A stretch of 64,000 nucleotides of DNA from contig JAANOX010000011.1 of assembly GCA_020184695.1 (NCBI GenBank), positions 682,001-746,000 on the forward strand, read 5' to 3'. The notes beneath the pieces are model-generated. The model did not search any database, was not told where the DNA came from, and saw nothing but the letters and a program-made list of their open reading frames with translations. The stretch comes from Histomonas meleagridis 2922-C6/04-290x. Its lineage: Eukaryota > Protista > Parabasalia. Positions within the stretch are counted from its first letter, which is position 1. Each line of letters begins with the position of its first letter. The position numbers and the translations under genes were made by a program. Positions 12,620-23,270 of this stretch are shown here, in pieces.

Positions 12620-15592
12620 ATGTTCCACTCCATAGCGCAAACAGGTGTACCACTTAATATTGAATTATATGACAGAGCAGTACATAGATTTTATGATCCT
12701 ACAATCACCCCAAAAGAACGTGATGATTTAAATCAGATTTGTACACAATTTATTAACAGAGAAGATTTGCCACAATATATTCAACCAATTCTTGAATCAA
12801 ATTGTGGCAACCTTTCAAAATTTATTGCAGCAGATGGATTTGTAAAGTATGTTTCCAAGTCCTGGCTTATTATTCCACCCGAACAAAGAGAGGAAATTAA
12901 GAAATTCATGTGGAATTACGCACAACAAGAAGGTCTTCCAAGTGATATTCTCAGCCGAATTGATCTGATTATTGTATCAATTGCTACTTACGAATACCCA
13001 GAAATATGGAGTTCATTTGTTCAAGATCTCTTATCACTTTCAACAAGCACGCCAGAAATATGTTCCAATGTTCTCCATATATTTCAACTTTTTTCAGAAG
13101 AAGTTTCTGATTTTGCTGATAACTCTTTAACATCAGCACGAGCAGGTGAAATTGTCAGTGTTTTCTCAAATGAAATCAGTGGTGTTATGCAGTTAATTGA
13201 TCATTGTTTACATTCAGGTAATCCACAATTAATCGAAAGTTCATTTGGTGCCTTAGGAACCTTAGTTAAATGGATTGATTCCGTTTTTTTCTTCCAAACG
13301 AATCTTCTCAATTTACTTGCCACTGAATTTCTTCCAAATCCTCAGTATACCAAATATGTCATTAAAATATTTGGAGAAGTTATCAGTATGAACTTTATCC
13401 CAGATGAATATCAACCGAACTTAGTACCTCTCTTTTCCTCTATTGTTAATGCCTTAAGGTCAATTCTTGGTCCTGAGCCAGATTTCATGGCGGTTAGCGA
13501 CCTCATCCCATTACTTTCAGACACACTTCCCTCATTTTTTGAACAGTATTCGGAGGTTATTGAGACCCCCCAAAGTGCCGCTGATGTTCAACAAGTTTTT
13601 CAATGGACACTTTTCCTTGCTGATTGTTGTGAGCAAGGTGTCTTAGAAGCATGTGTTGAATTCTTTTACAAAACATTCCAAAAGGTATACTCCGAATCTA
13701 AAAACCCACAGATTACAACAGCAATTTATGGTCCTTTTGCACCACAAGTTCGACGAGTTTTAATGAATCGAATTGTATCACCATTTGAAATTTCGAGTAC
13801 CACAGAAGAAGATGGCTCAATCACACGTTCTATCCGAAGTCTTAGTAACTTTGATGATCTTTATACAAATATTAAAAATACATTATATTATTTGGTAGAA
13901 ATTCAACCACAAGATACAATAGCAGCTCTTAATGAGAAACAAAATTCAATCATGTCTGGTGAAATTACAGAACATGCGATCACAACCATGTGTTGGTCAT
14001 TAGGCGCAGTTATTCCAAGTTTAAATGAACAAAATGACAGAGTCCAAGTTAACCGATGGATAGAATGGCTTATCCAAATCTTTAATTCTTCACCAAGTCC
14101 AGATTTACATCATATTTTAGGAATAGGAATTTGTTTTGTCGTAAGTCAATCCGGAAAATTTTTATTACGTGACGATGTCTTATTTGATAACATTGTTAAT
14201 TGGTTATTTGGTTTATTACAAGAGAATGATTATGACATTAAATCCACTTCGATCTATTGCATTAAAAGTTTGTCAGCTTCAAATAGTGATCAAATGATCA
14301 AGAAGCCACAACAAGGCTTTTCTAAACTTGAACAAATCCTTAGTAATTTCCAACAAATCATAACATCATTAGATGAAGAATCAATCATCTCAGTTTTTCG
14401 ATTTACAGGTTCATTAATACAGAATATTAATTCAAATGAAGTCCAAAATCAAATGTTTCGAATTATTATATCATTTTTAGACAAATATTTCAAGTCATTA
14501 TTACCCGAGTTCAATTGTTTAAATCCAGAAATATGTCATCGCTTAACATTTGTTTGTAAATGTAATATTTCATTTGCGATTGATAATAATTTATATTTAA
14601 TGTATTTCATGACCATTTTTGAACCATTAATGAATTTATTTAATACAATTATTACTACTATAACACAAATGACACCAAATAATCCACAAGCACAATTACA
14701 AATTAATTCCATGGAAATGTGTTCTAATTCTATTATTTCATTAATGGAGAAATCCATTTTTTATTGTTATAACATAGAATATATTAAAACAAATATCTTT
14801 CCAATATGTATCACAACGATTTTAGAACATTTTTATCAAACGCCACCTATGGCTAAATCACCACAAATTCTTACATTGTTTGGTACATTAATGATCAAAT
14901 GTCCAAATGAAATTATTGCTAATGGAGAATTAATATTCCAAAAAATTTATTATCCTATTTTAGAAATGATCAAAAATAATTTTGATGATTATCCACTAAT
15001 ACGAATTGAGTTTTATAACATGTTAAGTCATTTAATTAATTCATGTTTCCAATTAATTATTAATTTACCAGCAAATGAATTTAATACATTTTTGGAAAGT
15101 ATTAAATTTGGTACTGAACATTTACAAAATAATATATGTGAAAAGGCTACAAATTTATTAATTAATTTACTTGGAAATATTCGAACAAAATTATCAGAAG
15201 AACAAATAATTACATTTTCACAACAATATTTCATTATGTTATTCTTATTCGCATTTAAATTATTAACAAATACTTCATTAAAATTCGCATTTAATTTACA
15301 CGTAGAATTAATTAGAGCAGTGATGATGTTACCTGGTATTAATAATATGGGTGAAGTAATAATACAACAAATGTTCGAAATGTTCCCAATGAAGTCCCCC
15401 CAGGAGCTGCTCGAGTTCATACACAGGCTGTACCAGACATTCGCTGAAAGGTCGTTCAGATTTAGAGCAATCCTGAAGGACTTCGTGGTGGACGTCAGGC
15501 ACCTCCTCCCGCACGACCCTGACCTCGTGGAGAGGGAAAAGAGCGAACTCGCTAAAAACGTGCAGGAGGCGTTCGGAGAGAAGCAGATCTAA
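12620..15592 (+). CDS. Exportin-1/CRM1-like karyopherin (importin-beta superfamily)
   Basis: Long HEAT-like ORF with IVSIATYEYPEIWSSFVQDLL..LFSEEV and C-terminal FRAILKDFVVDV resembling CRM1. Start chosen at MFHSIAQ; the ORF is open from 12536. Confidence 0.72.
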   Translation: MFHSIAQTGVPLNIELYDRAVHRFYDPTITPKERDDLNQICTQFINREDLPQYIQPILESNCGNLSKFIAADGFVKYVSKSWLIIPPEQREEIKKFMWNYAQQEGLPSDILSRIDLIIVSIATYEYPEIWSSFVQDLLSLSTSTPEICSNVLHIFQLFSEEVSDFADNSLTSARAGEIVSVFSNEISGVMQLIDHCLHSGNPQLIESSFGALGTLVKWIDSVFFFQTNLLNLLATEFLPNPQYTKYVIKIFGEVISMNFIPDEYQPNLVPLFSSIVNALRSILGPEPDFMAVSDLIPLLSDTLPSFFEQYSEVIETPQSAADVQQVFQWTLFLADCCEQGVLEACVEFFYKTFQKVYSESKNPQITTAIYGPFAPQVRRVLMNRIVSPFEISSTTEEDGSITRSIRSLSNFDDLYTNIKNTLYYLVEIQPQDTIAALNEKQNSIMSGEITEHAITTMCWSLGAVIPSLNEQNDRVQVNRWIEWLIQIFNSSPSPDLHHILGIGICFVVSQSGKFLLRDDVLFDNIVNWLFGLLQENDYDIKSTSIYCIKSLSASNSDQMIKKPQQGFSKLEQILSNFQQIITSLDEESIISVFRFTGSLIQNINSNEVQNQMFRIIISFLDKYFKSLLPEFNCLNPEICHRLTFVCKCNISFAIDNNLYLMYFMTIFEPLMNLFNTIITTITQMTPNNPQAQLQINSMEMCSNSIISLMEKSIFYCYNIEYIKTNIFPICITTILEHFYQTPPMAKSPQILTLFGTLMIKCPNEIIANGELIFQKIYYPILEMIKNNFDDYPLIRIEFYNMLSHLINSCFQLIINLPANEFNTFLESIKFGTEHLQNNICEKATNLLINLLGNIRTKLSEEQIITFSQQYFIMLFLFAFKLLTNTSLKFAFNLHVELIRAVMMLPGINNMGEVIIQQMFEMFPMKSPQELLEFIHRLYQTFAERSFRFRAILKDFVVDVRHLLPHDPDLVEREKSELAKNVQEAFGEKQI

Positions 15593-16727
15593 TGTAAACA
15601 CTAAAGAATTCATTCACTTTTTATGATTTTGAGCGGTGTTTTGTCTGAAGTATAAATTCGCTGTGAATAGTGCGCGTTTAGTGAGTGTATTTGATTGGGA
15701 ATGTTGAAATTCTCAAAACAAATTCATATTAATTAATCAAAATAAGTGAACATCTTAGTTCAAAATCTACATTGATGTAGAAATTTGCACTGCTAAATCA
15801 TTAGAGATAAACAATGAATCAAAATTTAAATAATTTTTATTTGATGATAATGATATGGTGGTTGTAATCATGAACAATTGTTACAAAAATAGTTAACATT
15901 TTGCTTTCATCATGCATCAAATAAAAAATGGAAGACGAACATCGATTAAAACTTGTTTCATAATTGCTAAATGATTACAAGTACATTTTTAATGAGATAA
16001 CGAAGATATTATAAACAATAGGTAGTATGGATACATTATCATTTTGTCTTTGAAATAATTCTCAATAAAAAAATATTTATGAATATCTTTTGAAGTCAGA
16101 ACAGAATTTTCAATAAATGAATTGAATAAGAAATTGGAAGATAAAGTTTTTTGTTATTGGAAAAATGGTTTCAAGTTTGTAAAGTGCCCTTATTCAGTTC
16201 ATTTTAACTGTATTACATTGTTTCATAAATCTTGTTGGGATAGTACATAGAATATATCGAATTCATCCATACTTTTACTGGTGGAATGCATTCTCTTGAA
16301 AATAGAGTTAGCTGGTAAAAAATATTAATGCCATTTGATGCTAATATTTATAGATGTTCAAAACATGATAGAAATGTTATAAAATTATCTACTTGACATC
16401 GAAAAACGATATTCCTGCCCAAAATTGGCCATAAAACTTCACATAAAGGTTGACTTATGCAAAGGAATTGGAACTAAATAATGATTTATTAGTAAAAAAT
16501 TACAGCTGAAGCATAAAGAAGAAAGGAGTAAACATGACAAGGAAAAAATATTCCAAATTCGAAAGTATTGATTATAAAATCAGAAAATTGATTTATAATA
16601 ATTTCTCTAAAAATTAAAAGAAAGACATTCACTTACCACCTCATTCATTTGGAGTCCGAAAAAGAGAGAATTGGAAAAGAAATTAAATAAAGATCTTTAT
16701 TTTAGAAATTAAAAAAAAACAAAAAAA

Positions 16728-16815
16728 GCCATCAGAATGGAACCGAACCATAACCTCATTCAGCGCCCGAGAGCGAATTGTCACACGGAACGATTCCTAT
16801 AAGTCTTCATCCGAC
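16728..16815 (-). ncRNA. Candidate box C/D-like small RNA
   Basis: GC-rich 88-nt island in an AT-rich intergenic region. It has a C-like GGATGA near the 5' end, CTGA at 16760-63 and 16732-35, and a T-run immediately downstream. Family not recognised. Confidence 0.3.
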
Positions 16816-17240
16816 TTTAAGTAATGGTTAATTAATTTATATCAGTGGTTGAAGTTACTTAAGAAATGATCCCAGAACCACAACCAGTGATTGGAAAATG
16901 GAAAAGTTAATAATCATATTTTATAATATGTTTTTAAAATTATATTTGTATGAAACAAGATGACTTAAATCAAAAAATATCTGAACTGTTTTTACTTTTG
17001 TGTATCTATAATATGTTGTATAAAAATTGAAAATTTTTAAATACTGAATTTTATGTTAATTAATCAAATTTAAGTTTGTGTTACTTAAAAAAGCCTCCTT
17101 ATTTTCAACAACCTTGACATAAAATAAACAAAAGAGTCATAATATCTTGAGGATCGCCAATTTGGCGTTTTCTACATTATATAAACTATTCAAATCAAAA
17201 CTAGAGTCCAACCAAAAATTTTAAAACAAGCTATTCATTT

Positions 17241-18965
17241 ATGTCAGAACACTTCAGCGAGACAACTGATTACTACGAACTTTTGGAGTGTGAACCAGAT
17301 GCATCACCAGAAGAATTAAAAAAAGCATATCGCCGTGCAGCATTGAAATGGCATCCAGATCGAAACCATGGCAGAGAAGAAGAAGCAACACGTGTATTTC
17401 AACTTATAGAACATGCATATTCTATTCTTACTGATGATCATGAACGAGCTTGGTATGATGGACATCGGAATATGGCGCGTGATGAAACTGGTGAATTTAC
17501 AGCCACTTCAGTTGATATCATGTCTTTGTTCCATGCATGTGCGTACATGGGCTTTGGTGAAACCAAAGCTGGATTTTATCCAGTTTTCCGTAAAGCTTTT
17601 GCCACTTTAGCAGAAGAAGAACATTCCAAGACTCCCATACCAGGCTTTGGCTATGCTGACACTCCGTGGGAAGAAGTTAACAATTTTTATTCATTTTGGA
17701 CATGTTTCACAACCAAGCGAAGCTTTTCATTTAATGATATTTATCATCTTCGCGATGCACCAAATGCCATGTATCGCCGATATATGAGTAAAGAGAACGA
17801 GAAACTTCGTAAAAAAGCCGAAAAAGAATTTGTTCTCTCTGTTCGTGAACTTGCGAACTATGTTAAAAAACGAGATCCTCGTGTCAAGAAGCATTTAGCC
17901 GAAGTAGAGGAAGAAAAACAACGACGCCAAGCAGCTGAAGAGCAAAAGCGAATTGCGCAAAAGCAAAAAATCCAAGAAGAACTCGACAAGCTTGACAACG
18001 AGCCAAAGATCGAATACACGGAAGAAGATTTGATATATCTTCATCAATTCGATAAGAAAGAAGATAGCGATGATAGTCCATGGTCATGTCGCTTATGTAA
18101 TAAGACATTAACTAAAGAAGCAGCATTTCGAGCGCATTGTCGAACGAAGAAACACCTGAAGACAGCGTTACCCGAGAAAAGGAAATTCCTTAATGATCCG
18201 ACGTGCATGGAGCATTGCGTGTATAACTATATATTGTTAGGCCTAACTAATCAAGAGATATTTAAGGCAACAGGTGAAAACATTAACATTGAAACAGCGG
18301 AAATATTATTAGATGATGATGATGTTAAACAGAACAATAAGAACGAAGAAGAAGAAAATAACGAAGAGGAAAATGAAGAAGAAGAAGAAATACAAAAACA
18401 AAAAAGACCACTTTCGAAAAAGGAAAAAAGAAGACTCAAAAATAAGGCAATGAGAAACGAAGAAGAAAAAGAAGAAAAAATGAATAAGAACCAAAAGAAT
18501 CCGCCAAACATGGCAAATATGTCCAAGAAAGAAAAGAGAAAAATGCAAATAAAAATGGCAAAAGAGAAAAAGCTTCAACAAGAACAAGAAGAACTTGAAG
18601 CAAAGCGACAAATGAAACAAATGAAGAACATGATGAGACAACAAAAGCAAGAAAACGAAAACCAAACGCAAAATGAAGAAGAAGAAACTAATGAACAAAC
18701 TCAAAAACAGCAACAACAGCAACAGCAACTTTCTAAAAAAGAAAAAAGAAAATTAAAGTTAAAACAACAACAGAAGTTATTGGAAGAAGAAATGAACAAT
18801 GCGGCGGCTGACGGAAATGATAAAAATGCAAAAGTGTTCCTGCCAAAGGGAATGAAAAACCCGCCGCCTGGAAAGTTCATGTGTAGAAAATGTAGGCAAT
18901 TGTTTGATTCGAGGACAAAATTGTTTGCTCATCTTGAGGCAACTAATCATGCAACAGCAAGATGA
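17241..18965 (+). CDS. DNAJC21: DnaJ protein, DNAJC21/Jjj1-like (J domain, C2H2 zinc fingers, charged tail)
   Basis: KKAYRRAALKWHPD, ERAWYD, FYSFWTCFTTKRSFSF, and two C2H2 fingers (CRLCNK..HCRTKKH, CRKCRQLF..HLEATNH). Confidence 0.85.
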   Translation: MSEHFSETTDYYELLECEPDASPEELKKAYRRAALKWHPDRNHGREEEATRVFQLIEHAYSILTDDHERAWYDGHRNMARDETGEFTATSVDIMSLFHACAYMGFGETKAGFYPVFRKAFATLAEEEHSKTPIPGFGYADTPWEEVNNFYSFWTCFTTKRSFSFNDIYHLRDAPNAMYRRYMSKENEKLRKKAEKEFVLSVRELANYVKKRDPRVKKHLAEVEEEKQRRQAAEEQKRIAQKQKIQEELDKLDNEPKIEYTEEDLIYLHQFDKKEDSDDSPWSCRLCNKTLTKEAAFRAHCRTKKHLKTALPEKRKFLNDPTCMEHCVYNYILLGLTNQEIFKATGENINIETAEILLDDDDVKQNNKNEEEENNEEENEEEEEIQKQKRPLSKKEKRRLKNKAMRNEEEKEEKMNKNQKNPPNMANMSKKEKRKMQIKMAKEKKLQQEQEELEAKRQMKQMKNMMRQQKQENENQTQNEEEETNEQTQKQQQQQQQLSKKEKRKLKLKQQQKLLEEEMNNAAADGNDKNAKVFLPKGMKNPPPGKFMCRKCRQLFDSRTKLFAHLEATNHATAR

Positions 18966-19286
18966 AAATTTTCATTGAATAAATCGATTTTTATTTTGAA
19001 TATAAATACGATGATTTTTCATTCATTTGACTCTATCGTTGGATAAGAAAAAGCACCGAATTTCTATAGATTACACTGTTCAATATAAAATAATTTGTAA
19101 AGCTATTAATTTCCACTTCTAATTCAATTTCGAAGTGAATATTCTGACACCAACACGTTATTAACAAAACATCCTCTACATTTTCTGTGGAAATCTAATT
19201 TATTTTGATAAATAATTTCTGCAGAACCGATATAAAATTGAATATTATTCAGATAATCCAGAAATGATCACTTCATTATTTCTTCC

Positions 19287-20027
19287 ATGAGTTTCTCATC
19301 ATCAATTGTTGAATCAGCTAACTGCATTTCATGCAAATATGCATACCGCCCGAGGAAAAGCAATCGCAACAAACTGTTAAATACACCAATTACAAAAATT
19401 TTTATTGTAATTGAACCATTTGGCAATGGCGTTGTTCAAATAGCAACAGCAGGAATTACACAATTTCTTCCTGCTGCTGTTTCTACCGCAAGCGTTGCTC
19501 ATGCAAGTATTTGGGTTCCAAAAGAAAATAGTTTTGGTTCAAGAAAAGGAATTTGCATAGAATATGGAGGATATGATGAGCGTAGAGAAGGCGATTATGA
19601 AGATCAAGTTCATTATTATAGTGGGACTGATGGATTAAGATTTATGAGGATGACAGCTGATCAATTATCCACACTTAAAACAAAGGGATATGATGGTTTA
19701 AAAATTCCTTGCGAAATTATGAATCCAATGACAGTTGGTGAACTTTTAAGACAAACTAGTTGTTATGAATGGAAAAAAGGAAATTATGATATGATTTTCC
19801 ATAATTGTCAAACATTTGTATCAAAATGCGTTCAAGTCCTTGGCGCATATCGCACACAAATCCAAGCAAGAACATTGAGCAAAGTATTCATTCCATTTAA
19901 AATTCTTAATTGTCTGGAAAAAAATGAGGATAATCGAAGTACCACTACAAAAATCATTCATGGAGTTGAAAAAATTCCATTTTTTGGTACATTATTTGGT
20001 TTAGGCTTCATCTATGGTGGTATGTAA
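19287..20027 (+). CDS. Hypothetical protein, possible PPPDE/permuted NlpC-P60 peptidase
   Basis: HASIWV and YDMIFHNCQTFV give the His...Asn-Cys arrangement of permuted papain-like enzymes. Confidence 0.55.
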   Translation: MSFSSSIVESANCISCKYAYRPRKSNRNKLLNTPITKIFIVIEPFGNGVVQIATAGITQFLPAAVSTASVAHASIWVPKENSFGSRKGICIEYGGYDERREGDYEDQVHYYSGTDGLRFMRMTADQLSTLKTKGYDGLKIPCEIMNPMTVGELLRQTSCYEWKKGNYDMIFHNCQTFVSKCVQVLGAYRTQIQARTLSKVFIPFKILNCLEKNEDNRSTTTKIIHGVEKIPFFGTLFGLGFIYGGM

Positions 20028-20419
20028 CGATGTTTTGTATAAAGATTTCCTTTGTCTTATCAATAAAAAACTGAAGTTCTATTTATGCTAAAAAATGTTA
20101 ATCATTGCATGCAAACTAAAACGACATCAAGTCATATTTGATTCTTTTGCTTTTCCAAGATAGTTTAAATATGATTTTCAAGAGAAGTATTACACTAAGA
20201 TGGATTTATCCCTTTGTTGATGTTTATTTTCCCTATTTAATTTTGATGTTAATAAATATTTTATCGTTAATTGCAAAATCACTAATGTGATCAATAATTT
20301 TCAAGTTACACACCAGAAATTAACTTGTACTCTATAAAACAAGATCTCAATGAAAAAGAAAGTTAAAATTTTGTCACTTTTTACTATCGGTTGGCCTCGA
20401 CCACAGACCCATTTTTAAG

Positions 20420-21748
20420 ATGCCTCCAAAAGCAAGGAAAGAAGCAGAAATCGACCCTATCGAAATGTACAAGCTCAAGAAAACAATCAACTTCCTTCGT
20501 GATGCACGCGGTGATGGAACTTCAATGGTTACAATCCTTATCCCACCTCATGACCAAGTCTATAGAATGCGTCAAAAATTAACCGATGAACTTGGCACAG
20601 CATCCAACATCAAGAACCGTGTGAATCGTCAATCCGTTGAAGCTGCCATTACTTCATCCATTCAAAAACTTGGTCAGTATCAAACCACACCGCCAAATGG
20701 CCTTTGTTTATTCTGTGGTACCATAATTGATGACGAAGGCAAAGAGAAGAAGCTCATGATGGATTTCGAGCCAGTTCGTCCGTTACATCAATCACTTTAC
20801 ATTTGTGATCGTCGTTTCCATGTTGAACCATTATACGAACTTTTAGAAACCAACGAAAAGTTCGGCTTTATCATTATGGATGGTCAAGGATGCCTTTATG
20901 GTATGGTTGCAGGAGATTCTCGTACCATCTTACACAGGTTCAGTGTCGACCTTCCCAAGAAACACTCCAAAGGTGGTCAGTCATCTATTCGTTTCGCACG
21001 TCTCCGAGTCGAAGCACGTCATAACTATGTGCGTAAAGTAGCCGAAACCGCCACGACGGTTTTCATCGACCCCCAAACGGCCGAACCTATCGTCACCGGT
21101 TTGATCCTATCGGGCGCAGCAGATTTCAAGAACCAACTTAGTCAATCCGATATCTTAGATCCTCGTTTACGTAACATTATATTAGGTATTTATGATATTT
21201 GTTATGGTGGTGAAGATGGTTTTAATCAAACCATTAAAATGGCCGCTGATTTAATGAAAGATGTCCGTTTAGTTCGTGAACAAGAATTACTTAATAAGTT
21301 ATTCGAAAGTATTTCTACAGGTGGAGCATGCGCATTTGGTGTACGTGAAACAATGTTAGCATTCGAAGCAGGCGCAATTGAAACAATCATTCTTTGGGAT
21401 GAATTAAAGGAATATCGTTGCACATTACATGACGCTGAAGGTAATGAAATCATTCAGTATTTCTCCGAATATCAGCTCGAGAAGAATGAGCACTTGAAAG
21501 ACAAAGCTCACGAAGAACTTGTCGACAAAGTGTTACTTACAGATTGGATGGCCGAAAACCATAAGTCAAAGGGCGTGAAGTTGGAATTCGTAACCAACAA
21601 ATCTTCAGAAGGCGCACAGTTCGTGAAGGGACTCGGCGGCGTAGGCGCGTTGCTCAGGTACCAAATGGGATTCGAAGAGTATAAGGACAACGACGACTTC
21701 GATAACGGCTTTGACTCCGATTTCGATGATTTTGAAACTATCGTTTGA
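20420..21748 (+). CDS. eRF1: Eukaryotic peptide chain release factor 1
   Basis: GTSM, TASNIKNRVNR, YICDRRF, KHSKGGQSSIRFARLR, and the C-terminal EGAQFVKGLGGVGALLRY. Confidence 0.97.
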   Translation: MPPKARKEAEIDPIEMYKLKKTINFLRDARGDGTSMVTILIPPHDQVYRMRQKLTDELGTASNIKNRVNRQSVEAAITSSIQKLGQYQTTPPNGLCLFCGTIIDDEGKEKKLMMDFEPVRPLHQSLYICDRRFHVEPLYELLETNEKFGFIIMDGQGCLYGMVAGDSRTILHRFSVDLPKKHSKGGQSSIRFARLRVEARHNYVRKVAETATTVFIDPQTAEPIVTGLILSGAADFKNQLSQSDILDPRLRNIILGIYDICYGGEDGFNQTIKMAADLMKDVRLVREQELLNKLFESISTGGACAFGVRETMLAFEAGAIETIILWDELKEYRCTLHDAEGNEIIQYFSEYQLEKNEHLKDKAHEELVDKVLLTDWMAENHKSKGVKLEFVTNKSSEGAQFVKGLGGVGALLRYQMGFEEYKDNDDFDNGFDSDFDDFETIV

Positions 21749-22098
21749 TGATAAATAAAATATACGAAGATGAAAATCGCGATTTGTTTGAGCTAATTAC
21801 TTAGAAGTAATTTGTTGTATATAAAAATTTATTTAATTTTCTGTTTTATTTTGTCGGAAACATGTAATTTGTGAAAAGGATACAGCATTTTTTATCCAAT
21901 GAAATCTGAAAATTTGAAGAAATTATATTACATAATGAATTTATCAGATTTTATTCAAATCAAAGCTCCTCTCAAACAAATATCACGAACACGTGCACAC
22001 TGCCTAATTGTGTAGGTGATAAATGCCAAAATTGAATCGCTGGAAGTATTGATGCCAGCATCAATATAAAAAACAAAAAAAAATTAAGTAAATTTCCT

Positions 22099-22548
22099 TT
22101 ACTTAGTAAACTTTGGTTCTGTTTGAAGGAACTCGGCATCATGGCCAGTCTTGAGTGGCTCCTTGTTTTCAATTGTTTGGATGCAAATTATGACAAGTGG
22201 TTCAGTGCCTGTGTTCTTGTAGCAACGGCTGGCTCCAGTACCAACACGGATAACAGATCCTTCTTCGATTGGGAAAACATTATCATCAACTTGGTATTCA
22301 CCTTTTCCTTTGATGACGATGTAAACTTCTTCATTTTCTTTGTGTGAATGGAAGAATGGAAATTGTGCGCCTGGTGGGATTGATCCGTATGAAATTTCAG
22401 ATCCAGTTAAGTGGAGTGCATTTTGGATGAAAACTTTTCCTTGCATTTTTTGGCCATGGGCTTCTAAAACATAATCTGAAATGCCTGATGCTGGACCAAC
22501 ATTGATTGCTGTGTAGTTGCTTCCTTCAGAGATTGTTTTGATGGACAT
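22099..22548 (-). CDS. Single cupin-domain protein, bacterial-like
   Basis: PFFHSHKENEEVYIVIKGKGEYQVD..GSVIRV cupin motifs; intronless. Confidence 0.85.
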   Translation of the reverse strand: MSIKTISEGSNYTAINVGPASGISDYVLEAHGQKMQGKVFIQNALHLTGSEISYGSIPPGAQFPFFHSHKENEEVYIVIKGKGEYQVDDNVFPIEEGSVIRVGTGASRCYKNTGTEPLVIICIQTIENKEPLKTGHDAEFLQTEPKFTK

Positions 22549-23270
22549 AAAACTAAAGTGAAATGAACTCAGTGTTCATTTGACAAACCGTTTTTGGAAA
22601 AACAACAAAAAAATTTCAGAAATTTACAATTGGCCGAGCAACCATTTTTGAACACTTAAGTGCGTTGTAATGTTTGCGTAATAACCGTTCGACTGAATTG
22701 AATTGAATGATCATTTTTCAATTTTTTAAGTGCTGATGAGGTTTTTTCAATACCGAAAAACTAATGAATATGATAACATAGGGATATCATCCCCTATTAT
22801 ATGTACCATAATTTATAACGATAATCGAGCGTATTTGTGACATTTTTGTTATTGGAATCGTCTTTTGAAATTCAAATCATATTCATGATTTTAATTTTTA
22901 TATTCGATCATATGTTTTTCATGTCCTAGCACTACGAAATGTATGTGATCTGGAATTTTTTGTGTTTTTTGTAAATAATCAATATGTTATATATAAAATT
23001 TCCGAATATTTAAAAAATATCGATTTCTATCACTTATATTCTAGTTATTTAGCACAGTTCTCAAGTTAAAACAATAACTGCACAACAAAACAATAGAAAA
23101 ATAACAAAAGTCTAAGAAAGTCATTGCAAATGTACATATTGGTAAACCAATTCACAAAATCTCATCTGAAGGCGTCTTCTTTCAAGGGCTCATTCTCTTT
23201 CCTGAAATACGCACATGTTAATATTTCATCATCAAATACATTAAATTTACATTTACAACACAATTTCTCG

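Noticed and set aside
15028-18728. Antisense and alternate-frame ORFs in the track (15028, 15329, 17884, 18251, 18309; likewise 21226, 23464, 62571)
   Set aside because: They are shadows of real genes caused by GC-rich or low-complexity codons and have no motifs of their own.
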